From contig JBDRBN010000142.1 of NCBI GenBank assembly GCA_043822785.1, forward strand, positions 1 through 18,556: a stretch of 18,556 bases of DNA. The letters are read 5' to 3'. Source of the DNA: Pseudomonadota bacterium (GTDB lineage Bacteria; UBA10199; 2-02-FULL-44-16; JAAZCA01). Both the position numbers and the translations under genes were made by a program. The notes beneath the pieces were generated by a model. That model worked only from the letters and a program-made list of their open reading frames with translations, had not been told where the DNA came from and made no database searches. Positions 1 through 9,360 of the stretch are shown here, in pieces; positions within the stretch are counted from its first letter, which is position 1; each line of letters opens with the position of its first letter.

Positions 1-181
1 CTGTGATCTAAGCCTACAATGCAACAGCGCCGAGTGAGCAGGCGATGAGGCGGCGTTTGAGCCGAAGAGCCGTAGCGAGAGGAACATCTCAGGCAACACT
101 CTCATAGCAAGTTTGGAGGAGGCGCTAGCGTGGGAATCGACCCTCCCCGCAGAATAATTTGCACATGCCTACGGCCGTTTC

Positions 182-607
182 TCATTCGAGGGATTCTGAG
201 ACGGTGTAAACTGAAAAGCCCTGTTTGCCATTAGCTGTTTCGCATTTGCCCGCAGCCGTGAGGAGCTTCTTTTCTGTTTGCGCCTGCTTTAGCACATCGC
301 AGACAACTTCAGACACCTCTAGCCTGTCTCCTCGGCGAACAAAGAAATTTCTGGTGTATGGCCCCATGGGTACCTTGACCAGCATCTTTGCTGTGCAAAG
401 AATGTCGGGCCCCTTCAAGGAAGATATGTTTTTGACATACTTAAAATCGCTCATCTTGCCTTTTAAGATTTCAATTACACCGATGAGCTTTGGCGCGGGC
501 GTTGATGGCTCATATGGCACAAGTTGCCCCAAGGCGTGCTGTGCGTAGGCTGAATGCGCAAATGCGATAAGAAGCGCTGCGACAGCAACCGTAATTGCCT
601 TTGTCAT
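182..607 (-). CDS. Hypothetical exported protein (141 aa) with Sec signal peptide
   Basis: N-terminus MTKAITVAVAALLIAFAHSAYA has a basic n-region, hydrophobic h-region and A-x-A cleavage site. SD-like AGAGGTG lies upstream. Starts 16 nt after the RluA-family stop, so probably co-transcribed. No family recognised. Confidence 0.7.
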   Translation of the reverse strand: MTKAITVAVAALLIAFAHSAYAQHALGQLVPYEPSTPAPKLIGVIEILKGKMSDFKYVKNISSLKGPDILCTAKMLVKVPMGPYTRNFFVRRGDRLEVSEVVCDVLKQAQTEKKLLTAAGKCETANGKQGFSVYTVSESLE

Positions 608-623
608 TTACACACCTCTTTTT

Positions 624-1622
624 CTAAACATCCTCTCTCAACTTGTCGATCAGCTTCCTCATGTCGTGGGGGATTGGCGAGCGATGCGACATCTTCTTAC
701 CGCTGGCAGGATGCTTAAACACAAGTGAATCTGCATGCAGCGCGTGCCTTCGAAAGCCAAGCGATCCAACGGCGCGGCCCTCTGCATATACAGAATCGCC
801 TATTATGGGATGCCCTTCTGATGCCAGGTGTGCACGAATCTGGTGTGTCCTGCCCGTGCGAACCAAAACCGCCAAGAGCGTTGCGTTTTTGTAGCGCTCC
901 TTCACCCTGTATTCAGTAATTGCGCGCTTTGTGCCCATTGCGTGAGACGGTTTAGATTTTCGGCCATGGCTAAAATCACCCTTCTCAAGCGGCTTATCTA
1001 TGACGCCGTTTTCGCGTTTTACCTGGCCAGCCACTATTGCCTGATATGTGCGCCCTGTTGAATGATTTTTAAACTGAGAAGAGAGCTGTTGCCCTGTTTT
1101 AGATAACGCAAAAACCATGATGCCGCTCGTTTCCGCATCGAGCCTGTGCAGCGGCGCGACAAACGAGCTTTTGCTCTGCCGAAAGCGCCGGCGCAGATAT
1201 GCCTTGATGTGTTTCTGAAGGCTGTCTTTGTTGTGTTTGTCGTGGTCCGGAACCGAAAGCAGGCCTGCTGGTTTTTCAACAACTATGATATCGCGATCTT
1301 CATAATAAACCTTGAGCCTACCTGCCTGTTTACGATCTTCGTGCGTGCCCGGCCCCCTCTCCACACGCTCTTTGTTATTGTCTTTCCTTCTTTCTAAGCG
1401 CTTCTCGATTGACTCGCTTCTTTGGGTTGTTTTAACTTCAAGGTGGTCGGCATCTTCAAGCTCCCAGCCTGCGATGACTACGCGCTTTGAATTCACGCGT
1501 ACGCAGCCAGAATCAATAAGCCCCTTTATCTGCTTTCGCGAAAACCTAGGCAGCTTAGAGCACAAAAACTTATCTATGCGTTGACCTGCTTCTTTTTCTT
1601 TTACTGTAAAGCTGTGTTCCAT
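624..1622 (-). CDS. RluA/RluD-family rRNA pseudouridine synthase with N-terminal S4 domain
   Basis: S4-like GQRIDKFL..SRKQIKGLIDSGCVRVN. Motifs VVEKPAGL, catalytic HRLDAETSG, GRTHQIRAHL, GHPIIGD and ALHA. Confidence 0.95.
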   Translation of the reverse strand: MEHSFTVKEKEAGQRIDKFLCSKLPRFSRKQIKGLIDSGCVRVNSKRVVIAGWELEDADHLEVKTTQRSESIEKRLERRKDNNKERVERGPGTHEDRKQAGRLKVYYEDRDIIVVEKPAGLLSVPDHDKHNKDSLQKHIKAYLRRRFRQSKSSFVAPLHRLDAETSGIMVFALSKTGQQLSSQFKNHSTGRTYQAIVAGQVKRENGVIDKPLEKGDFSHGRKSKPSHAMGTKRAITEYRVKERYKNATLLAVLVRTGRTHQIRAHLASEGHPIIGDSVYAEGRAVGSLGFRRHALHADSLVFKHPASGKKMSHRSPIPHDMRKLIDKLREDV

Positions 1623-1701
1623 GCGGTCATCTTCTCCAGAAACCCCTTGATACCTGGCCCTGCACGTGTTACGGGCTGGGCCACAAATCTAAGGAGGTAA
1701 T

Positions 1702-2187
1702 ATGTCACGTATCGAACTGGCTGAGCTTGCGGCAGACCTGCCAGAAGAATGGAACGTTCAGGGTATGCTCACCCTCACGTTGCCCTCAGACGATCCCAAC
1801 GTCAAGCCGAATGTAATTTTAACAAAAGAGTACCTGCCCGGTGAGGTAGATCTTACCACCTACTTTGGCAGAATCAGAGAGTCCATACTAAAGCGAGGAA
1901 TAAAAGACCTTAAGATCTCTGATGAAAAAGACATCGCCATCTCAGGCGTGCGCGGCAAAATGATGGTGTGCAGCTGGGATGTGTCGGCTATGGCCGAGAT
2001 GTTGCGGCAACAGCAACCTGACCGGCCCGCACCCAAAATAAAAGAGGGCCAACTGGTAAAACAGATTCAGGTCACGCTGCTCAAAGAACGCCTAGCCATT
2101 AATATGACTGCAAGTTTCCCGGATGAGAAGTTCAACGAGTACTACAAGCCGTTTCAGCAGTTTCTTAAGAATTTGAAGATATCGTAA
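1702..2187 (+). CDS. DUF1795/DcrB/Eag-like (PsbP/Mog1 fold) protein, no signal peptide
   Basis: Strong SD AAGGAGGT at 1691-1698. Pattern LPEEW...PNVILTKEYLP..VDLTTY...ISG...W...VKQIQV...INMTAS...FQQFLKNLKI resembles the DUF1795/PsbP-like family, recognised by eye. Confidence 0.65.
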   Translation: MSRIELAELAADLPEEWNVQGMLTLTLPSDDPNVKPNVILTKEYLPGEVDLTTYFGRIRESILKRGIKDLKISDEKDIAISGVRGKMMVCSWDVSAMAEMLRQQQPDRPAPKIKEGQLVKQIQVTLLKERLAINMTASFPDEKFNEYYKPFQQFLKNLKIS

Positions 2188-2190
2188 CTT

Positions 2191-2250
2191 AGAGGCCAGA
2201 AAACAAAAAGCCAGGGGTTAGGTTTTTCTAGCCTCTGGCTTCTAGTTTCT
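2191..2250. terminator. Probable bidirectional intrinsic terminator between the DUF1795-like gene and gyrB
   Basis: Stem AGCCAGGGGTTAG (2209-2221) / CTAGCCTCTGGCT (2228-2240), 13 bp with two G-U pairs, flanked by an A-tract on the left and T-rich sequence on the right, between convergent genes. Confidence 0.6.
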
Positions 2251-2261
2251 GACTTCTGTTC
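2227..2261. repeat. Degenerate 7-bp tandem array (5 units)
   Basis: TCTAGCC TCTGGCT TCTAGTT TCTGACT TCTGTTC. Confidence 0.75.
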
Positions 2262-2262
2262 T

Positions 2263-4830
<2,568 letters not shown>

Positions 4831-4839
4831 TTAAAAAGG

Positions 4840-5949
4840 CTATTTGCGGGCGGTCACTGTCCCATCAACAACATCAAAAACAAAAACGTCATGGCTGTTG
4901 GTCCAATTGAAATCTCGCTCAGCTGTGGCTGTTATAAAGACCTGTCCTTTGGCCTGTCTTAAACATTCAAAGAAGAAGCAATTGCGATGCGAGTCTAGTT
5001 CGCTCGCAACATCATCAAGAAGCAAGATCGGCTCCTCACCAGAAACTTCTTTGAATAGGTCCATCTCAGACATCTTGAGGGCTAATATAAAGCTGCGGTG
5101 TTGTCCTTGAGACCCAAAGTGTTTTATTCCGCCCGCCCCTATTTTTGCCTCAAAGTCATCTCGGTGAGGACCCACAACGGTAAACCCTCTCAGAAGTTCG
5201 TCTTCGCGCCTCATGTCTAGCTGCGAAGCCAGGGCCTCTTCTATAGAATCTATGCCGCCCCCCAAGGCCTTCTCCCCGCAATGAGGCATATATGTAAACA
5301 TTGCAGGCGGGTCTTTCGGCGCTATGGCTGTATAGTGTTCTGGTATCAAGCAATTTAATCTCTCACACCACATGTTTCGTCCTGCCACAACCTTTGCGCC
5401 CAGGGCTATGAGTTGATCGTCCCACGGCTTTAAGTTTTTGCTTCTTAAGCGACTTGGTACATCAAAATCGCAAAGAATGCGGTTGCGATGTCTTATTACC
5501 TTTTCATATCTGCTAACCATGTTTCGGTATGTAGGCAAGAGCTGAGATATTAACGTGTCCATATGTTTGCGCCGTGCTGCTGGAGAGCTTCTGATGAGCA
5601 TGATCTCTTCTGGCGCAAAGAGTACTGTATATATCCGCGTGTTTCTCGTTCTCTTTCCGTTTTTAAGAAACGTCTTCTGTTTTAAATTCATCGTGACCGC
5701 CAGCTCGTCTTTGCCGATTTCGCTTTGAACTTCTGCGCACACCAGGGCTTTTTGCTGTCCCTGCTGGATCATGTCTCTGAAGTCCTGGGTTCTAAAGGAT
5801 AGGCTTGTAGAAATGAGTCCTACGGATTCTATAATGTTGGTCTTGCCCTGTGCGTTTGCCCCAACAAATAGGTTAAAGGTGTGGCCAGGTCTTATATGCA
5901 AATCAGTTAAATTTCTGAAATTTCTTAGGTGTAGAGATGATATGCGCAT
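4840..5949 (-). CDS. recF: DNA replication and repair protein RecF
   Basis: LRNFRNL, Walker A GANAQGKTN, GPHRDD, GSQGQHR, Walker B LLLDDVASELD. Canonical position between dnaN and gyrB. Confidence 0.96.
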   Translation of the reverse strand: MRISSLHLRNFRNLTDLHIRPGHTFNLFVGANAQGKTNIIESVGLISTSLSFRTQDFRDMIQQGQQKALVCAEVQSEIGKDELAVTMNLKQKTFLKNGKRTRNTRIYTVLFAPEEIMLIRSSPAARRKHMDTLISQLLPTYRNMVSRYEKVIRHRNRILCDFDVPSRLRSKNLKPWDDQLIALGAKVVAGRNMWCERLNCLIPEHYTAIAPKDPPAMFTYMPHCGEKALGGGIDSIEEALASQLDMRREDELLRGFTVVGPHRDDFEAKIGAGGIKHFGSQGQHRSFILALKMSEMDLFKEVSGEEPILLLDDVASELDSHRNCFFFECLRQAKGQVFITATAERDFNWTNSHDVFVFDVVDGTVTARK

Positions 5950-5952
5950 TTC

Positions 5953-5987
5953 GTCGCTGGTCGCTGATTGCTGGTCACTGGTCGTGG
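5953..5987. repeat. Degenerate 7-bp tandem array (5 units) in the dnaN-recF spacer
   Basis: GTCGCTG GTCGCTG ATTGCTG GTCACTG GTCGTGG fills 35 of the 41 intergenic nt. Confidence 0.8.
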
Positions 5988-5990
5988 AAT

Positions 5991-7109
5991 TTAAAGCCTC
6001 ATAGGCATTATGACATGTGTGAAGTTGCGATCGTATTCGCTGCTAATTACGCACGGAGACGTCTCGTCGCCAAGCTGAAGGATCGCTTGCTCATCATTAA
6101 TAGAAGAAAGCGCATCGATAAAGTACTTTGCGTTGAATCCAACATCAAACGCCTCGCCCTTATACTCTGCAGCCAGCTCCTCTTTTGCTTCACCAAGGTC
6201 TGGATTGGATGCTGATATGTCAAGGTTGTTTGGCGAAAACGCAAACTTAACTCCACGCGCGCGGTCTGTTGAAAGCACAGACACTCTCTTTAATGCGTGT
6301 ATGAGCATGGACCTGTTAATAGCAACTGTGCGCTTGCTCCGTTTAGGAATAACCTGCTCATATGGTGGAAACTGTCCGTCGATTAGCCTTATGACTAGCG
6401 TTGTGTTGTCGCGATAAGCAATTATTTGTTTTTTATCTGCCCAGAGATCTATTGACGACTCGGCAGGGCCTGTCTCGGTTAGCCTTCGAAGCTCCATCAC
6501 TCCCTTTCGAGGAATAATTGTCCCTTTAGGAAAGTCCCACTTTGTTCCAGCCTGTCTCTTTACCACAGAAAGTCTGTGCCCATCTGTAGCTACCATGAGC
6601 ACAGTCTTACCATCTTCACCGCCTGAAAAATCTGTATATACACCATTTAGATTATACCTCGTCTCATCGCTGGACATAGCAAACGCTGTCTTGTCTATCA
6701 TCTCGTTTAAAATGGTTGCATCTATGCGCTGGGTTTCGCCCGTCCCTCTTGTGGGAAGCTTAGGAAATTCATCAGAAGAAAGACCAACGATCCTAAATTT
6801 GCTCTTACCACAACATATCTCCACCCAATTTCCATCCTTTGTCGTAAAATGTACGGTCTCTTCGGGCAGTTCCTTTACTATATCGTACAAGCTCTTGGCA
6901 TGAACCGTTACCTTTCCATCTGATAGAACATCTGCAGCATAAGAACAGTTAACCCCCACCTCTAGATCGGTTGCTGTTATAGAAAGAGTCTTCTTGCCCG
7001 CTTCAAGAAGCGCATTTGCTAATATGGGCATGGTTGTCTTTCGTTCGACTATGCTTTGTATAAGACTCAATCCTTTTAGGATTTCTGTTCTCGCTATTTT
7101 GATTTCCAT
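5991..7109 (-). CDS. dnaN: DNA polymerase III beta sliding clamp
   Basis: TMPILAN, ATDLE, ETRYNLNG, VATDGHRL, RLIDGQFPPY, GFNAKY, C-terminal VIMPMRL. 372 aa, downstream of dnaA. Confidence 0.98.
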   Translation of the reverse strand: MEIKIARTEILKGLSLIQSIVERKTTMPILANALLEAGKKTLSITATDLEVGVNCSYAADVLSDGKVTVHAKSLYDIVKELPEETVHFTTKDGNWVEICCGKSKFRIVGLSSDEFPKLPTRGTGETQRIDATILNEMIDKTAFAMSSDETRYNLNGVYTDFSGGEDGKTVLMVATDGHRLSVVKRQAGTKWDFPKGTIIPRKGVMELRRLTETGPAESSIDLWADKKQIIAYRDNTTLVIRLIDGQFPPYEQVIPKRSKRTVAINRSMLIHALKRVSVLSTDRARGVKFAFSPNNLDISASNPDLGEAKEELAAEYKGEAFDVGFNAKYFIDALSSINDEQAILQLGDETSPCVISSEYDRNFTHVIMPMRL

Positions 7110-7140
7110 AAAAACCTCGTTGTTTGTTAATATTACTTCT

Positions 7141-7193
7141 TAAATAATAAATAAATATAGTAGTAGTAGTAGGGCCTGGGGATATGTTTATAA
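7141..7193 (-). promoter_or_regulatory. oriC unwinding module: tandem DnaA boxes, GGCC spacer, five DnaA-trios, AT-rich tract
   Basis: Read on the minus strand: TTATAAACA (7193-7185) overlapping ATATCCCCA (7185-7177), then GGCC (7176-7173), (CTA)5 (7172-7158) and TATTTATTTATTATTTA. Same layout as the B. subtilis origin unwinding region upstream of dnaN. Confidence 0.85.
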
Positions 7194-7241
7194 GGGAGCG
7201 AACATCACGAATGGCAAGGATAAATTATTAAAACCATTCTG

Positions 7242-7363
7242 TGTGAAAAGTCGCCACCCCCAAGACCTTTTCACAGCAGCATCAGCACTAATCCAGCAAG
7301 CGCCTATCTGTCAACAGACAATTAACAGGTATTAACAGAGTTATTAAGATGCGCTGTGGGTTT
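7242..7363. promoter_or_regulatory. oriC: cluster of degenerate DnaA-box-like 9-mers
   Basis: TGTGAAAAG 7242-7250 and CTTTTCACA 7267-7275 (inverted pair). CTGTCAACA 7308, CAATTAACA 7319, GTATTAACA 7329, TTATTAAGA 7341 and TGTGGGTTT 7355. Each has 2-4 mismatches to TTATCCACA. Confidence 0.55.
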
Positions 7364-7366
7364 ATA

Positions 7367-7461
7367 AATCTAATTTTTAATATCCAATTTCAAGCTTCGT
7401 TCTCAGAATCACGGAAATTAAAGGCGAAATTAGTTAGATAGTAGAAGTTGGAAATTAGATT
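7367..7461. repeat. Two mutually inverted 7-bp arrays just downstream of the dnaA stop
   Basis: Left: TCTAATT TTTAATA TCCAATT TCAAGCT (7369-7396). Right: AGTTAGA TAGTAGA AGTTGGA AATTAGA (7432-7459). Outer perfect inverted repeat AATCTAATTT (7367-7376) / AAATTAGATT (7452-7461). Confidence 0.65.
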
Positions 7462-7472
7462 AACTAATGATT

Positions 7473-8813
7473 TTAATGAAGTATCGTTTTCTCCAATACG
7501 GCAATATCATTCTGTATACGACTATCAGACTGGAGCAACCGTTCGATTTTGCGGCAAGCATGCATAACTGTGGTGTGATCTTTGCCGCCAAACTTTCCAC
7601 CAATTTCAGGAAAGGAAGAACGAACATGTTTTTTGCACAGATACATGGCTATTTGTCTTGGATAAGCCAACGTCTTCACGCGCCTTGGTGATTTGAGATC
7701 AGAGATGTTGAGGTTGTAAAAAGCAGCAACCGTCTTTTGGATAGATTCTATAGAACAGGTTTGCTCTCTCTCACGCATAGTGCTGCCCAGCACTTCTCTT
7801 GCAAGGTCCACGGTGATGTTTGATCCAGTAAGCGAAGCAAAGGCATTGAGACGTATGAGCGAGCCCTCTAACTCTCTAACATTGTTTTTTATAGAGCTTG
7901 CCAAGAACATGGCCACGTCATCGGGGCACCCGAAGCCCGAAGCCTCGCCCTTTTTCTTGAGAATTGCGATTCTGGTCTCAAGATCAGGCGGCTGAATGTC
8001 AGCGATCAAGCCCCATTCAAAACGAGAACGCAGCCGCTCCTCAATGCCCTGAATGTCTTTAGGAAGCTTGTCGCTTGTGAGAACAATCTGGCGCTGTGAT
8101 TCATGAAGGGCGTTGAATGTGTGAAAGAACTCTTCCTGGGTACGTTCTTTGCCGCCGAGAAATTGTATGTCGTCAATGAGAAGGATGTCACACTTGTCAC
8201 GAAACTTCTTTCTAAAATCAGGCATCCTTTCGTAACGAAGCGCATTGATGAGCTCGTTCATGAACTTCTCGCCGCTTAAGTAAATTACATTTACAGCCGG
8301 CCGCTTGTTCAGAACCCCAAGGCCAATAGCATGGAGCAGGTGGGTTTTTCCCAAGCCAACGCCGCCATATATAAAGAGGGGATTATAATGGCCGCCAGGA
8401 AGGTCTGCCACGGCCTTGCAAGCAGCGTGTGCAAACTGGTTTGAGCTGCCCACGACGAACCGATTGAAAGAGTACCTTTGGCTGAGCCCCCCCGACGACG
8501 CAGGCCGAGGCTGCTCATGCTTTTGCTCTGGTGCTTGCTTCTCAATTTGCAAAGGCCTTTCTTGTACATTTTTTTCTTGGACAATTTCAAAGGAAAGGCT
8601 GAGGCTTTCTTTTGTGATCGAAAAAAGCTCCTTTTCGATTAGCTCGCTATAATAATCGTTTATCCAGTCAGCAACAAAGCGGTTGGGCACAACGAGCACA
8701 AAAGATCCATTTGTGCGCTTGGCTTGAGCGACCGGCTTGAACCAGGTATTGTAGTTTAGGTCGCTGATTTTGTTCTGGATATTGCTCTTTAGCTGTTCAA
8801 GTATATTATTCAT
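7473..8813 (-). CDS. dnaA: Chromosomal replication initiator DnaA
   Basis: YNTWF, YSFNRFVVGSSNQFA, YNPLFIYGGVGLGKTHL (Walker A), LLIDDIQF, RLRSRFEWGL, NVRELEG, PRQIAMYL, FGGKDHTTVMHA. Confidence 0.99.
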   Translation of the reverse strand: MNNILEQLKSNIQNKISDLNYNTWFKPVAQAKRTNGSFVLVVPNRFVADWINDYYSELIEKELFSITKESLSLSFEIVQEKNVQERPLQIEKQAPEQKHEQPRPASSGGLSQRYSFNRFVVGSSNQFAHAACKAVADLPGGHYNPLFIYGGVGLGKTHLLHAIGLGVLNKRPAVNVIYLSGEKFMNELINALRYERMPDFRKKFRDKCDILLIDDIQFLGGKERTQEEFFHTFNALHESQRQIVLTSDKLPKDIQGIEERLRSRFEWGLIADIQPPDLETRIAILKKKGEASGFGCPDDVAMFLASSIKNNVRELEGSLIRLNAFASLTGSNITVDLAREVLGSTMREREQTCSIESIQKTVAAFYNLNISDLKSPRRVKTLAYPRQIAMYLCKKHVRSSFPEIGGKFGGKDHTTVMHACRKIERLLQSDSRIQNDIAVLEKTILH

Positions 8814-8821
8814 AAGCGCAT

Positions 8822-8853
8822 TAATTCACAACGTTATCCACACCTGTGGATAA
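8822..8853. promoter_or_regulatory. Inverted pair of perfect DnaA boxes plus one degenerate box just upstream of dnaA
   Basis: TTATCCACA 8834-8842, CC, TGTGGATAA 8845-8853. TAATTCACA 8822-8830. Confidence 0.9.
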
Positions 8854-9005
8854 CCCTAAAAGAGGACTTCGCGTTAGTTTGACTCTTTTGATATGGCCGA
8901 CGATCCGACGTAGCGGGCTAGCAAATTGTGGTTTGTGTTTTGATTCGGCACTCGAGCACGTCTAGTGTGAGAGCAAAGTCCTTTGCAAGAGGAAAAAAGT
9001 TTTTC

Positions 9006-9113
9006 TGTGGAAAAAGCGTTTAACCCATTAAGCGATAAGGGGGTTTTGTTTCTGTTTATCGGGGGAAAGTTTTTCTCATTTATGCTGCACAAAAGCCTTT
9101 GCGTTTATCCACA
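9006..9113. promoter_or_regulatory. Further DnaA boxes upstream of dnaA
   Basis: TGTGGAAAA (=TTTTCCACA) 9006-9014 and perfect TTATCCACA 9105-9113, in AT-rich sequence. Confidence 0.8.
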
Positions 9114-9214
9114 GGAGAACCTCTATACGACGCATGCAATTAGCTCAAATCTTTTCAATTGGCGTTAAGAATGTTTTTCCATCATGTTGTTGTAAAAAGG
9201 AAATAGGATTTCAT

Positions 9215-9277
9215 GAGATCCTTCGACTCCGCCGAACACCCAACAAGCTGCTGAGTGCTCGGCTTTGCTCAGGATGA
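9215..9277. repeat. REP-like palindromic element with internal long hairpin
   Basis: GAGATCCTTCGACTCCGC...GCTCAGGATGA resembles a widespread extragenic repeat (ATCCTTCG..GCTCAGGATGA), recalled from memory. Internal 15-bp stem at 9231-9263. Confidence 0.5.
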
Positions 9278-9305
9278 GTGGTCGTAATTACGACCACTCA
9301 TTTTT
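9274..9305 (+). terminator. Perfect 28-bp palindrome running into a T-tract (intrinsic terminator-like)
   Basis: ATGAGTGGTCGTAA|TTACGACCACTCAT (9274-9301) followed by TTTTG. Confidence 0.6.
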
Positions 9306-9360
9306 GTCTTGCCATTGCCAGACACATTAAGCTAAGGCCGCATGAAGCGAGGAAAAGGCT

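Noticed and set aside
44..105. Glycine-riboswitch resemblance (GCCGAAGAGC...ATCTCAGGCAA inside an ATGAG/CTCAT stem)
   Set aside because: Lacks the conserved GGAGA and AAAGGAC segments, and there is no + strand gene downstream to regulate.
114..143. tRNA or tmRNA 3'-end-like sequence (minus strand GGGTCGATTCCC...CCTCCTCCA), possible att remnant
   Set aside because: T-loop is not TTCGA, spacing to the CCA end is about 5 nt too long, no cloverleaf forms, and no integrase is in view.
5953..5987. Heptamer arrays as CRISPR or iteron repeats
   Set aside because: Units are 7 bp, contiguous and without spacers. No cas or rep gene is present.
7158..7172. (TAG)5 as a simple microsatellite or stop-codon run
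   Set aside because: Context (DnaA boxes, GGCC, AT tract) identifies it as DnaA-trios.
8874..9168. Short ORFs (72 aa on -, 61 aa on +) upstream of dnaA
   Set aside because: Non-ATG starts, no SD, overlap DnaA boxes in AT-rich regulatory DNA, and no recognisable motifs.
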